Counted from the first letter of the stretch, positions 28,197 through 38,517 are shown. The stretch is DNA of 64,000 nt from an uncultured Planctomycetia bacterium (GCA_964431835.1 CAYSKO010000002.1:22802-86801); one strand, 5' to 3'. The notes: generated by a model from the letters alone, not told the origin. A program made the numbers and translations.

Positions 28197-29278
28197 TGCT
28201 CGACTCGTTCAAGGCACTCGTCAACGCCGTCTCGTCCCCGGTCACCATCTTCACGGCGGGGACGATCTTCTTCGCGGTCTTCGTGAGTTTCCCGCGTGTG
28301 ATGACCTCGCCGCCGGTCGCTCTGGCGATTCTCGCGCTCTCGCTCGCTTTCTTCGGCGTGGGCCTGACCGACGAGCACTTCCGCGGCATCGTGAGCACCC
28401 CCGACAACGTGCCGATCGTGGGCATGATGTTCATCTTCGGCTTCTTCACCTGGTATTCGATGCGCAAGGCCGTCGTGAACGACATGCGCATGGAGCGGGG
28501 AGAGCCGACGGTGGAGGCCGCCGAGGCGAACGAGAAGGTTCTCGTTTTCCCGTACCTCATCTTCATCGAGTTCGTCGTGGCGCTCGCGTACGCGGTCGGC
28601 CTCGTCGTTTGGTCCATTTTCCTAAAAGCGCCGCTCGAAGAGCCGGCGAACCCGACCGTCTCGCCCAACCCCTCAAAGGCGCCGTGGTACTTCCTCGGCC
28701 TTCAGGAAATGCTCGTTTATTTCGACCCGTGGATAGCGGGCGTTCTTCTGCCGACTTTCATCATCATCGGCCTATGCGCGATCCCGTTCATCGACCGCGA
28801 CCCGTCCACCTCGGGTTTTTACTCCTTCAAGAAGCGCAAGTTTGCGATCACGGCGTACCTCTTCGGGTTCTGGATCCTTTGGAACCTCCTCATCATCATG
28901 GGCACGTTCATGCGCGGCCCGAACTGGAACTTCTTCGGTCCGTTTGAAAAATGGGACGTCCACAAGGTGGTCCCGCTGATGAACGTGAATCTTTCGGAAC
29001 TCCTTTGGATCAAGCTCATGAACGTGGGCCTACCGAAGTTCTGGCTCGTGCGCGAGCTTCCGGGCATCCTTCTCGTCGGGGCGTATCTCATGATCCCGCC
29101 GGCGATTCTCGCGAAGACCGCGTTCAAGGACGTCTACAAGAAACTCGGCGCGGCGCGCTACAGCATCCTCGTGATGCTGATCCTCATGATGCTCGCTCTG
29201 CCCATCAAGATGTACCTGCGCTGGGCGCTGAATCTCCAATACATCGTCGCGATCCCTGAATTCTTCTTCAACATCTAG
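28193..29278 (+). CDS. cytochrome b subunit IV-like protein with extra TM helices
   Basis: [15 protein letters not shown] (PEWY equivalent), IPFIDR. Confidence 0.85.
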   Translation: MMLDSFKALVNAVSSPVTIFTAGTIFFAVFVSFPRVMTSPPVALAILALSLAFFGVGLTDEHFRGIVSTPDNVPIVGMMFIFGFFTWYSMRKAVVNDMRMERGEPTVEAAEANEKVLVFPYLIFIEFVVALAYAVGLVVWSIFLKAPLEEPANPTVSPNPSKAPWYFLGLQEMLVYFDPWIAGVLLPTFIIIGLCAIPFIDRDPSTSGFYSFKKRKFAITAYLFGFWILWNLLIIMGTFMRGPNWNFFGPFEKWDVHKVVPLMNVNLSELLWIKLMNVGLPKFWLVRELPGILLVGAYLMIPPAILAKTAFKDVYKKLGAARYSILVMLILMMLALPIKMYLRWALNLQYIVAIPEFFFNI

Positions 29279-29279
29279 C

Positions 29280-32120
29280 ATGCCCCCTAAACCCAACCCC
29301 ACTCTTTACAGCATTTCCAAGACCTTCGTCTGGTTCGGGCTCATCAGCCTTCTTCTGACGGCTTCGCTCGCGGCGATCGTGATGACCGACTACAAGCGGG
29401 AGTGGAAAGACTGGCAGAAGAAGTTCATGAAGCTCAAGTCCGACAAGGCGCAGGCCGAACTCAAAATGGCCGAGGGGAAGATCGACAAAGCGCGTCTCGA
29501 GGAGCTCACCAAGCAGCAGGCCGCGGCCGAGAAAGCCGTCCAAGGCCGCCGTGACGACCTGAAGGCTCTCGAACGCGAGATCGGTCGCCTTTCCACCGAA
29601 GCCTCAAAAGTTAAAAAATCTTCTCAGAACGGCAAGCAGTTCGAGGATTCCTACCGCTACTACTACGAAGAATACGCCTCCCACCACGACAGTCGGGCCG
29701 CGGAATATAAAAAGAAGCTCGACGAGATCCGTCCGAAAGTCGCGGCCGACAGGCTCGAACTCGAAAAACTCGAGAAACAGCTGGAGGCTAAAGAGAAAGA
29801 ACGCGAGGCGATCCTCGCCGAGAGCAAGAGGCTCGAGAAGGAGATCGAGAATCTGTACGACGAGAAGCGCCGCGCCGACCGCAAGCTTGAAAGCGCGAAG
29901 CCGAGCGTCGTTAAGGACGTCCTGAACGCGCCTATGCTCGACTTCATCGCGCCGACGCTCGAGGTCCAGCAGATCGTTCTCGATAACCTGTACGACGACT
30001 ACCATTTTGCGAAGGCTCAGAAGGTCGATCGCTGCACGACCTGCCATCTGGGTATCGACCAGAAGGGTTTCGAGGACGCGCCCCAGCCTTTCAAAACTCA
30101 CCCCAAGATGGAGCTTTATCTCGGAGCCGACTCGCCGCACCCCGTCGAGAAATTTGGCTGCACGACCTGCCATAGCGGCAACGGCCACTCCGTCAGCTTC
30201 AAGGATTCCGCCCACACGCCCTCTTCGAAGAAGCAGGCGGAGGAATGGGCGAAGAAGTACAATTGGAAGGAACTCGAGAAATGGGAGCACAAGATGCTCC
30301 CGAAAGATCACGTTCAGGCGTCCTGCTCGAAGTGCCATCATGGGGCGGCGGAGGTTCCTCAGGCCGACAAATTGAACCGGGGCCGTAAGATCGCCGAAAC
30401 CCACGGCTGCATGAACTGCCACAAGATCGACGGCTTCGAGAACCGCTACAAGGTCGGTCCGGACCTCCGGAACGTAAAGACGAAGCTCGACGGGGACTGG
30501 ATCGCCCGCTGGGTCGACGACCCCCGCGATTTCCGTCCCAAAACCCAGATGCCCCGCGTTTTCCATCTGACCAATACCTCCTCGCCCGAGGACGTGAAGC
30601 GCAACCACGCGGCCATCCATTCGATTTCGGCCTACCTCATGAAGCATTCCGGGGAAATCGAGCTGAAACAGCCTCCCGTGAAGGGGAATGCGGGGAACGG
30701 CGAAAAACTCGTGAAGACCGTCGGCTGCACGGGCTGCCACACGGTCGCCGGTGTGGAAATCAACAGCTTCGGCCCCGATCTCAACGGTCTCGGTAGCAAA
30801 GTCACTGAGAAGTGGCTCTTCAACTGGCTCAAAGACCCGAAGCACTTGGCCGACACGCGCATGCCTTCTTTACGCCTCTCCGACCAGGAAGCCGCCGACA
30901 TCGCCGCGTACCTCTTGGCTCAGAAAAACGAGAAGTTCGAGGCCAAGAAGCTTCCCGCGGCGGACCCCAAGGTGGTCGACGCCATGATTCTTGAGAACCT
31001 TCAGGGCACCCTGCGTCGCTCCGAAGCCGAGGCTAAACTGAACGAAATGTCTCCCGAGATGAAGCTTGAGTTCCTCGGCCAGAAGACGATCGCCCACCAG
31101 GGCTGTTACACCTGCCACCAGATCAAGGGGTTTGAGGACGCCAAGCCCATCGGTGCCGATCTCTCTAACGAAGGCGCGAAAGACATCCATCAGTTCGACT
31201 TCGGCTTCGTGCACAACATCGGCCACACGCGGCACGACTGGATCAATCAAAAAATCAAGGACCCGCGGATATTCGACCTCGGCAAGGAAAAGGCCTATTA
31301 CGAGAAGCTCCGCATGCCGCAGTTCAATTTCTCGGAAGAGGAAATTGACGCGCTGACAACGTTTGTTCTGTCGTTGACCCAGGAACAAATCCCGCTCGAA
31401 ATGCAGAAACGCCTCGACTCCAAGGATCTCGAAACCGAGAAGGGCCGCCTCCTCGTTTCTCAACTGAACTGCGTCGGTTGCCATACGCTCGACGGCAAGG
31501 AAGGTGCGCTTCGCTTGAACGCCGAGGATCCCGGCTCCGTTCCTCCGACGCTGATCGACGAGGGCGCGAAGGTCCAAGAGGACTGGCTGCATACGTTCCT
31601 CGCGCACCCGACGACCATTCGTCCGTGGCTCACGTACCGCATGCCCACGTTCGGATTCGACGAAGAGGAGCTTCGCACGATGGTCCATTACTTCGCGCAC
31701 CTGAACGAACAGACGCTTTCGTACCAGGGCCACCCTACGCCGAAATCCACTCCCGAGAAGATCGAGGCGGGCCGCGCGCTCGTCGAGAAGCTTCAGTGCG
31801 AGAAGTGCCACCAGGTGAGCGCCGAAAGCGCTGCCATGGGCACGTCCTTCCTTGCGCCAGATCTTAACCTCACCAAGAACCGCCTCAAGCCGGAGTGGGT
31901 GAAGGACTGGGTCGCCGATCCGCAAAAGCTCGAGCCCGGCACGATGATGCCCGCTTTCTTCACCGAAGGGGAACCTTCGCCGATAACGGACGTCCTCGAA
32001 GGCGACGCCGGGAAGCAGATCGAGGCGATCCGCGATTACCTCTTCGTCTACCAAAAGGGGGACGCCAAGGCCTCCCCGCAGGACGATTCCTCCAAAAATT
32101 TGATTGCAAACACTCAGTAA
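29280..32120 (+). CDS. membrane-anchored octaheme cytochrome c with coiled-coil stalk
   Basis: 8 CxxCH motifs: CTTCH x2, CSKCH, CMNCH, CTGCH, CYTCH, CVGCH, CEKCH. Confidence 0.9.
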   Translation: MPPKPNPTLYSISKTFVWFGLISLLLTASLAAIVMTDYKREWKDWQKKFMKLKSDKAQAELKMAEGKIDKARLEELTKQQAAAEKAVQGRRDDLKALEREIGRLSTEASKVKKSSQNGKQFEDSYRYYYEEYASHHDSRAAEYKKKLDEIRPKVAADRLELEKLEKQLEAKEKEREAILAESKRLEKEIENLYDEKRRADRKLESAKPSVVKDVLNAPMLDFIAPTLEVQQIVLDNLYDDYHFAKAQKVDRCTTCHLGIDQKGFEDAPQPFKTHPKMELYLGADSPHPVEKFGCTTCHSGNGHSVSFKDSAHTPSSKKQAEEWAKKYNWKELEKWEHKMLPKDHVQASCSKCHHGAAEVPQADKLNRGRKIAETHGCMNCHKIDGFENRYKVGPDLRNVKTKLDGDWIARWVDDPRDFRPKTQMPRVFHLTNTSSPEDVKRNHAAIHSISAYLMKHSGEIELKQPPVKGNAGNGEKLVKTVGCTGCHTVAGVEINSFGPDLNGLGSKVTEKWLFNWLKDPKHLADTRMPSLRLSDQEAADIAAYLLAQKNEKFEAKKLPAADPKVVDAMILENLQGTLRRSEAEAKLNEMSPEMKLEFLGQKTIAHQGCYTCHQIKGFEDAKPIGADLSNEGAKDIHQFDFGFVHNIGHTRHDWINQKIKDPRIFDLGKEKAYYEKLRMPQFNFSEEEIDALTTFVLSLTQEQIPLEMQKRLDSKDLETEKGRLLVSQLNCVGCHTLDGKEGALRLNAEDPGSVPPTLIDEGAKVQEDWLHTFLAHPTTIRPWLTYRMPTFGFDEEELRTMVHYFAHLNEQTLSYQGHPTPKSTPEKIEAGRALVEKLQCEKCHQVSAESAAMGTSFLAPDLNLTKNRLKPEWVKDWVADPQKLEPGTMMPAFFTEGEPSPITDVLEGDAGKQIEAIRDYLFVYQKGDAKASPQDDSSKNLIANTQ

Positions 32121-32132
32121 AGAGTCTAAAAT
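32104..32132 (+). promoter_or_regulatory. putative promoter TTGCAA-17bp-TAAAAT
   Basis: Consensus-like hexamers with 17-bp spacer before the 32242 gene. Confidence 0.5.
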
Positions 32133-32241
32133 AGATAGCTAATCAGGTCTTTCCGGCGGGAAAGCTGCACCGCCTTCGTGAATGAATAAAAAAAGTTTTA
32201 TTCTCGAACCTTCCAGCCAACCTAAACGGAGACACCGAGCC

Positions 32242-32934
32242 ATGAAACGCACATTGTTGACGGTTTTAACGTTCTTATTCGCCGCGACGGCCGCCTATGC
32301 CGCCCCCGTGACCGGCAAGGTCACCTTCGAAGGCCAGAAACCCGCGGCCCAGAAGCTGAAGGCGGACGCGGATCCGCAGTGCAAGGCCCACCATCCGGGC
32401 GGCGTCGAGGACGACTCGGTTCTCGTCAACGCGGACGGAACGCTCAAGAACGTGTTCGTCTACGTGAAGACCGGCCTCGAAGGCAAGACGTTCGAGACCC
32501 CGAAGGATTTTGCCAAGCTCGACCAGCAGGGCTGTATGTACGTCCCGAAGGTCCTCGGCGCGCAGACCAACCAGTCGATCGAGATCATCAACAGCGACGC
32601 GACGCTTCACAACGTGCACGCGCTCCCGAAGAACAGCAAGGAATTCAACCTCGGCATGCCGGTGAAGGGCATGAAGCTGAAACGCGCTTTCACGAAGGCG
32701 GAAGTCATGATCAAAGTGAAGTGCGAAGTGCATCCGTGGATGAGCTCTTACGTGGGCGTCGTGGACCACCCGCACTTCGGCGTGACCGGCGACGACGGCA
32801 AATTCGACCTCAAGGACCTTCCGGCGGGCTCGTACGAGATCGAAGCGTGGCACGAAAAGTTCGGCACCCAGACCCAGAAGATCACGGTCACGGACCAGCC
32901 GCAGGACCTCGCGTTCTCGTTCAAAGCGGCTTGA
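32242..32934 (+). CDS. exported cupredoxin-like / carboxypeptidase-regulatory-like domain protein
   Basis: Signal peptide; LDQQGC.Y.P, N.D..LHNVH, KCEVHPWM, LPAGSYEIEAWHE. Confidence 0.75.
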   Translation: MKRTLLTVLTFLFAATAAYAAPVTGKVTFEGQKPAAQKLKADADPQCKAHHPGGVEDDSVLVNADGTLKNVFVYVKTGLEGKTFETPKDFAKLDQQGCMYVPKVLGAQTNQSIEIINSDATLHNVHALPKNSKEFNLGMPVKGMKLKRAFTKAEVMIKVKCEVHPWMSSYVGVVDHPHFGVTGDDGKFDLKDLPAGSYEIEAWHEKFGTQTQKITVTDQPQDLAFSFKAA

Positions 32935-32962
32935 TCGAAGCCTAGCGAACGCGGTATCATTC

Positions 32963-32999
32963 GTTAACCCCGCTCCGGCGTTTCCGGGGCGGGGTTAAC
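32963..32999 (+). terminator. strong hairpin, probable terminator or REP-like element
   Basis: GTTAACCCCGCTCCGG...CCGGGGCGGGGTTAAC inverted repeat. Confidence 0.6.
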
Positions 33000-33015
33000 C
33001 ATTTTAGGAGAGGGT

Positions 33016-33912
33016 ATGGGGGACGGGCTGACTCACCGCTTCGCGATCTTCACGGCGGCAACGACGGTTCTATTGATCCTGGCCGGCGGGCTCGTGACGA
33101 GCACCGGTTCCGGCCTTTCCGTCCCGGATTGGCCGCTGTCGTACGGTCAACTCATGCCTCCCATGGTCGGCGGCATCCGGTTCGAGCATTCGCACCGCAT
33201 GATCGCAGGTTTCGTGGGTATCCTCACGCTCGCTCTGACCGTACTCGTATGGCTGCGCGAGAAGCGGCGGTGGGTAAAACATCTCGCGCTCGGTGCACTC
33301 GTCGCGGTGGTCGTGCAAGCGGTCCTCGGCGGGCTCACCGTGATATACCTTCTTCCGACCTGGATTTCCGTCTCACATGCGTGTCTGGCGCAGACCTTTC
33401 TTTGCCTCGTCGCGGCGCTCGCGCTCTGTACGGGGCGGGAGTGGCGCGGAGGAGAACGAATCGACGCTGTCTACGCGGGCTCGATCCAGCGGCTCCTCGT
33501 GGCCGAGACGGCACTCGTGTACCTCCAGCTCATTCTGGGCGCGGTGGTTCGCCACACGAACGCCAGCGTGAAGCTCCACATCGTGAACGCTTTCCTCATC
33601 GCGATGCACTCCATCTTCATCCTACTTAAAATCGCCCGCGAAGAACGCGTGCAGAAGGCCCTTTTCCGTCATTCGGCCTTGCTCGGAATCTTCGTGACGT
33701 TCCAGGTGTTTCTCGGATTCGGAGCTTTCATCATGACGCGAATGCTCGCGAGCGAGCCCGCGACGGTGGGGCAGGTGCTCTTTGCGACTGCGCACCAGAC
33801 GCTCGGTGCGCTTATTCTCGTGACGTCCTTCCTTCTGACACTCCGCGCCTACCGTTTGCTTCGAAGGGACCGCGAGACGGAGTCTACGGCCGTTTTCACG
33901 AGGGTGCCGTGA
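33016..33912 (+). CDS. ctaA: heme A synthase (CtaA/COX15)
   Basis: GG.VT.TGSGLS.PDWP, EHSHR, conserved TM histidines. Confidence 0.88.
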   Translation: MGDGLTHRFAIFTAATTVLLILAGGLVTSTGSGLSVPDWPLSYGQLMPPMVGGIRFEHSHRMIAGFVGILTLALTVLVWLREKRRWVKHLALGALVAVVVQAVLGGLTVIYLLPTWISVSHACLAQTFLCLVAALALCTGREWRGGERIDAVYAGSIQRLLVAETALVYLQLILGAVVRHTNASVKLHIVNAFLIAMHSIFILLKIAREERVQKALFRHSALLGIFVTFQVFLGFGAFIMTRMLASEPATVGQVLFATAHQTLGALILVTSFLLTLRAYRLLRRDRETESTAVFTRVP

Positions 33913-34766
33913 TGCGCGGCGGCGCTTCGGACTACTTGGAGCTCGTGAAGCCCCGGCTCCTTTCGCTGGCGCTGGCGACGGTGCTCGTCGGTTTCTTCCT
34001 TGGCGTGCGAGGTCCCGTCGACCACGGCGCGCTCTTGGGCGTTCTTTTCGGTGCGGCGCTCGTCGGCGCGGGCGCGAACGCGCTCAATCAATACCTCGAG
34101 CGCGACGTCGACGCGCGTATGAAGCGCACGGAGAACCGTCCGCTTCCCAGCGGACGCCTCTCGCCGATGAGCGTGTTTGTTTTCGGCTTGGCGACGTCGG
34201 CTGCGGGCGTGATCTATCTTTTCGCTGCTGTGAACGCGATGGCGGCGGCGATGGGTGTGCTCACCCTGGTGAGCTACGTCCTCATCTACACACCGATGAA
34301 ACGAAAAACTTACTTCAACACTTTCGTGGGGGCGATCCCGGGCGCGCTGCCGTTTGTGCTTGGATGGACGGCTTCGGGAAGGGCACTCGGCGTGGAAGTT
34401 GCCTCCCTTTTTCTCCTTTTATACGTCTGGCAGATCCCGCACTTCTATGCGATCGCGTGGGTATACCGCGACGATTACAAAAACGGTGGCCTGCGCATGA
34501 TCACGGGAGAGGACCCGGACGGCGGACGGATCGCCTGGCGCATCCTGTGTTTCTCGGTCCTCATGATCCCCATCGGGACGCTCCCGACCTTCACGGGCCT
34601 TGCACGCGAGGCGTACTTCGTCTCCGCCGCCTTCTTCGGGGTCGTTTTGACGGCGTTTGCCGCACGCCTGGTTTTCCGCCGGATGGAAGGCGCAAAGAGT
34701 TTCGTTTCGGTGTCGATTTTTTATCTGATGGCGATCATCGTCGCGATGATGGCCGACAAGAGCTAA
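33909..34766 (+). CDS. ctaB: heme O synthase (protoheme IX farnesyltransferase)
   Basis: LVKPR, NQYLERDVDARMKRT..RPLPSG, GAIPGALP, WQIPHF, DY..GG. Confidence 0.93.
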   Translation: MMRGGASDYLELVKPRLLSLALATVLVGFFLGVRGPVDHGALLGVLFGAALVGAGANALNQYLERDVDARMKRTENRPLPSGRLSPMSVFVFGLATSAAGVIYLFAAVNAMAAAMGVLTLVSYVLIYTPMKRKTYFNTFVGAIPGALPFVLGWTASGRALGVEVASLFLLLYVWQIPHFYAIAWVYRDDYKNGGLRMITGEDPDGGRIAWRILCFSVLMIPIGTLPTFTGLAREAYFVSAAFFGVVLTAFAARLVFRRMEGAKSFVSVSIFYLMAIIVAMMADKS

Positions 34767-34777
34767 GGGGAGGGTTT

Positions 34778-35395
34778 ATGGCGAAAGCGAAAGACACGCA
34801 GGCGTCGGTGCTCTGGTGGATGGGGTGGATGGCGCTCACGATCCTCACATTCTTCGTCGCCGCCTGGTTCTGGACTCCGGTCGTAGCGAAACACTTCGGG
34901 CCCATGCAAAAGCCCTGGGCTCCGGCCGTTTGGACAGGGGCCGTGTTCGGCACCTGGATGCTCTTCCTCGTGCCGCTCATCGTCGTCATGTACAACAAGG
35001 TGGACCGCGCTTACGAAGATGCCCGCATCGCGCGCGAACGCGAAGCGTTCGACCGTGCCCGGAAGGGCTTCAGCTTCCGCTCGACCAAACTCGAAGATTC
35101 CCGCCGCGTCCTTTCGAAAGAGGCGTCGAAGAAACTGAAGAACGTCCCCGAGACCGTGAAAAAAGGATACGAATTCAAGGGCCACCTCGTCACGGCCGTG
35201 CTTCGTGACGGACGACGGGTGGAAAATGTGTTCATCCTCGACCGTGAGGAGCTTCTGGGGGTTTACGACCGCGAGACCGTGGATTTCGACGCCACGGACG
35301 TCGTGGACATGATCCCCACGGACCTCGAAGGAATTCCCGTCTTCAAGGCCGAGAAATGGCTGAGACTGGACGGCGTGAGCGTACCGACCGCCTGA
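34778..35395 (+). CDS. hypothetical 2-TM membrane protein with soluble C-terminal domain
   Basis: GGAGGG RBS, ATG 34778; two Trp-rich TM segments. Confidence 0.65.
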   Translation: MAKAKDTQASVLWWMGWMALTILTFFVAAWFWTPVVAKHFGPMQKPWAPAVWTGAVFGTWMLFLVPLIVVMYNKVDRAYEDARIAREREAFDRARKGFSFRSTKLEDSRRVLSKEASKKLKNVPETVKKGYEFKGHLVTAVLRDGRRVENVFILDREELLGVYDRETVDFDATDVVDMIPTDLEGIPVFKAEKWLRLDGVSVPTA

Positions 35396-35574
35396 TGAAA
35401 CGACCCGTTTATTACATAGGTCGGGGACTGCAGATCGCGGGACTCCTCTTTCTTCCGGCGTCGATTTGGGCGGGGGAGATCCGGCGGAGCGAGTCCGAGG
35501 CGATCACGATCCTCGTCGTCTCGGTGGTCGTCTTCTATCTGGGGCACTTGGCCTGCCAGCTGGCGTCGCGTTGA
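35395..35574 (+). CDS. small 2-TM hypothetical protein
   Basis: TGATG coupling with the previous gene; two hydrophobic segments. Confidence 0.55.
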   Translation: MKRPVYYIGRGLQIAGLLFLPASIWAGEIRRSESEAITILVVSVVVFYLGHLACQLASR

Positions 35575-35617
35575 CTCGTCGGGTATAATCGAAGTCTTAA
35601 AAAGGGGTGTACTGAGG

Positions 35618-36109
35618 ATGGGCGAACTCGAACACAATTACACGCGCTTCGAAAGCGTCTTCTCGTCCGAACGGGCCGAGGAGATCGCCAAAGCCGTTCC
35701 AGCGAAGCTGCCCCGGAAAAAAGCGCCGCCGAAACTCGCCGTCATCAACCAGAACGGGTGCACCGGCTGCGAAATCTGCATCGTATTCTGCCCGGTCGAC
35801 TGCATCGAGATCGTTCCCGGCGTCGAACAGCCCCAGGTCCAGCAGGTCGTCGAAGTGGATCTCGACCGCTGTATCGGCTGCTCTCTCTGCGCAAAGAATT
35901 GCCCTTGGGACACCATCGACATGCTCGGCCACGACGAAGCCCTGAAATACGCCCCGGTCGTCACGCTCCGCTCGGTCTGCGGGCAGGACGCGCTCGGCGA
36001 TTCGTACGGCCCGAAATCGGTCGTTCCGCCGCTCGCGGTGCAGAACGCCAAACCCGCCGCTCCGCCTGCGCCGCCGACGGCTCCGCCGCCCGCCGCGCCC
36101 GCTTCCTGA
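35618..36109 (+). CDS. 2x[4Fe-4S] ferredoxin-like protein with Pro/Ala tail
   Basis: CTGCEICIVFCP and CIGCSLCAKNCP. Confidence 0.88.
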   Translation: MGELEHNYTRFESVFSSERAEEIAKAVPAKLPRKKAPPKLAVINQNGCTGCEICIVFCPVDCIEIVPGVEQPQVQQVVEVDLDRCIGCSLCAKNCPWDTIDMLGHDEALKYAPVVTLRSVCGQDALGDSYGPKSVVPPLAVQNAKPAAPPAPPTAPPPAAPAS

Positions 36110-36114
36110 TTTAA

Positions 36115-37059
36115 TTAATTTCCGGTTTTCTTTTCGAGGAAATCCGCCACCGCGCGCTCGGGGTGTCCTTGCCCGAGGGCGATGAGGTCGGCGATCCCCG
36201 AAGGGCTCGTTACGTTGATTTCGGTGAGCCAGCGACCGATCACGTCGATTCCGACGAAATGCAGGCCGTACCTGGAAAGCCACGGCGCCATTTCTTCGAC
36301 GAGTTCGCGGTCTTCCCGGGTGGGTGGCGCTTTATGCAGGGTTCCGCCTACGCCGAGATTCGCGCGGAAATCTCCCGCCGAGGGCCGCCGGAGAAACGAG
36401 CCGAGGATTTTTCCGTCCAGGACGAGGAGGCGCTTGTCGCCGAAGCGGTCGGCCGGGACGAATCGTTGGATCATGACCGCGCGCGTACCGAAAGAGGTGG
36501 CGGCCTCGACGAGCGAGGGGAGATTGCGGTCCGTCGACGCCGTCGCGAAGATGCCCGCCCCGCCCTTGCCGTTCAACGCCTTCAGTACCGCGGGCCCGCC
36601 CAGATCCCGGACGAAACGCTTCGCTTCCGCCGGGTCCTGTGTGACGAGCGTCTCGGGAATGCGTTTCGGAAAGTTCAGGATCGCGAGTTTCTCGTTGGCC
36701 ATCGCAATCCCGGCGGGGTCGTTTATCACGAAGACACGGTCTTTCACGGTCTCGAGGAGCTGGAGCGCGTGCAGATAGCCGGTGTCAAAAGGGGGTTCCT
36801 TCCGTACGAAGACGGCGTCCAGAGCGCGCAGGTTGGCGGCTTTGGGCGGCGGGGGAGCTGAGGTCAGGAAGCCCTTGGAAGCGTGTGTACGGGCCTTCCA
36901 GAGACGCGCGCGCGGCGCGCCGTCTCGCCAGGCCATCTCATGGCTCTCGAAGTGGAAGACGTCGTGGCCCCGCGAAGACAACTCGTGCATGATCCAAAAC
37001 GAGGTGTCTTCCGTAACCTTCACTTTTGAAACGGGATAGAGCAAAAAACCGATCTTCAT
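36115..37059 (-). CDS. gshB: glutathione synthetase
   Basis: RKEPPFD..Y, NEKL, GDKR, DFRANL..GG, GIDVIG..LTEINVTSP. Confidence 0.92.
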   Translation of the reverse strand: MKIGFLLYPVSKVKVTEDTSFWIMHELSSRGHDVFHFESHEMAWRDGAPRARLWKARTHASKGFLTSAPPPPKAANLRALDAVFVRKEPPFDTGYLHALQLLETVKDRVFVINDPAGIAMANEKLAILNFPKRIPETLVTQDPAEAKRFVRDLGGPAVLKALNGKGGAGIFATASTDRNLPSLVEAATSFGTRAVMIQRFVPADRFGDKRLLVLDGKILGSFLRRPSAGDFRANLGVGGTLHKAPPTREDRELVEEMAPWLSRYGLHFVGIDVIGRWLTEINVTSPSGIADLIALGQGHPERAVADFLEKKTGN

Positions 37060-37143
37060 TCGGGCTCCTTTCTTGCTAAAAAGTGAATTTTATTATAACA
37101 TACTGGCATTCGGCGCGCTCCGCGCCGTGAAGGAGCCCTTTCG

Positions 37144-38517
37144 ATGTCCCACACCCCCAACGCATCCAGGCCCGAGGCCGCTTTGCCTGTCTCGCGGCAG
37201 GATCTCGCGTCTTATTTCCTGAATGGGGTGAAGGATCCTTCCGATCTCCAAGTCGGTGTCGAGTGGGAGAAAATCGGTGTCCTTCGCGAGAACGGTCGAG
37301 CGATCCCGTATTCCGGCCCCCGCGGCGTTGAAGCGATCTTCGGTGAGCTTTCGCGCGGCTTCGGATGGGAGCCTGATTTTGAAAACGGCCACGCGATCGC
37401 CCTCCGTAAGGCGGGGTCTTCAATTACGCTCGAACCGGGCGGCCAGATCGAACTCTCCGGCCGCAAAGCGCGTTCGCTCGACGAAAACGCGACCGAGCTT
37501 TACGTGCACCTCTCCGAAATTCACGCCGTGTCCTCGCGTCTGGGTATCGTCTGGCTCGGCACGGGTCATCAGCCGTTCAGCCCGCTCGAAGAAATCGAAT
37601 GGGTCCCCAAAGAGCGTTACGCAATCATGCACGAGGTTCTCGCCGCCGGCGCCGCGACGCCCCGCATGATGAAGCAGACCGCTTCCATCCAAATCTCCGT
37701 CGACTATACGGGGGAGCGGGACGCCGCAGAAAAACTGCGCCTGGCGATGGCGCTCGCGCCCGTCTTTACGGCTGTCTTCGGAAATTCGCCCTTCGCGGAC
37801 GGCCGTCTGACCGGCGCGCTCTCCGAACGCGCGCGTGTATGGCTCGACACGGCGCCCGAACGCTCCGGCGTGATCCCCTCCGTTTTTCGCGAGGATTTTG
37901 GGATCGAGGATTACGTCGAGCATCTCCTTACGGTGCCCGCGCTTTTTATCCGCCGCGTCGGAAACTGGATCCCGCTCGGCGGAAGGCCGTTCGGCGAATT
38001 CCTCAAGAACGGATTCGAAGGTCACCGCGCGACTTCCGATGATTGGGAGCTGCATCTAACCACAATTTTCACGGAGGCACGGCTCAAAACCTACGTGGAA
38101 ATCCGGAGCGTCGACTGTCAAAAGACGGAAATCGGGCTTTCGGTGCCTGCGTTCGTGAAGGGAATTTTCTATGACGCGGACGCGCGTGCGGGCGCATGGG
38201 ATCTCATGAAGGATTGGACCGCGGAGGAGCGCCTCGCGCTCGCGCATGAAACCCCGGTGAGCGGGCTTGCGACGCCCATCCGCAGCGCGACCGTACTCGA
38301 TACCGCGCGGGAACTCGTCTCACTCGCGCGCATGGGCCTCGACCGCCTCGCCGAAAAAGATCCAGATCTTTCCGAGGATGCGACTTACCTTGAGCCTCTC
38401 GAGCACATGATCCGCCGCGGAAAGAATCCCGCCGAACTTCTCATCCAGCGCCTCGCCAAAGGCGTCGACGCCGACAACCGCCTCGCGGCGATGCTCGACT
38501 ACTCCTCGATCGCCTAG
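37144..38517 (+). CDS. gshA: glutamate-cysteine ligase (GCS2, plant/alphaproteobacterial type)
   Basis: VGVEWE, ITLEPGGQIELSG, WVPKERY.IM, HLTTIFTEARLK.YVEIR. Confidence 0.9.
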   Translation: MSHTPNASRPEAALPVSRQDLASYFLNGVKDPSDLQVGVEWEKIGVLRENGRAIPYSGPRGVEAIFGELSRGFGWEPDFENGHAIALRKAGSSITLEPGGQIELSGRKARSLDENATELYVHLSEIHAVSSRLGIVWLGTGHQPFSPLEEIEWVPKERYAIMHEVLAAGAATPRMMKQTASIQISVDYTGERDAAEKLRLAMALAPVFTAVFGNSPFADGRLTGALSERARVWLDTAPERSGVIPSVFREDFGIEDYVEHLLTVPALFIRRVGNWIPLGGRPFGEFLKNGFEGHRATSDDWELHLTTIFTEARLKTYVEIRSVDCQKTEIGLSVPAFVKGIFYDADARAGAWDLMKDWTAEERLALAHETPVSGLATPIRSATVLDTARELVSLARMGLDRLAEKDPDLSEDATYLEPLEHMIRRGKNPAELLIQRLAKGVDADNRLAAMLDYSSIA

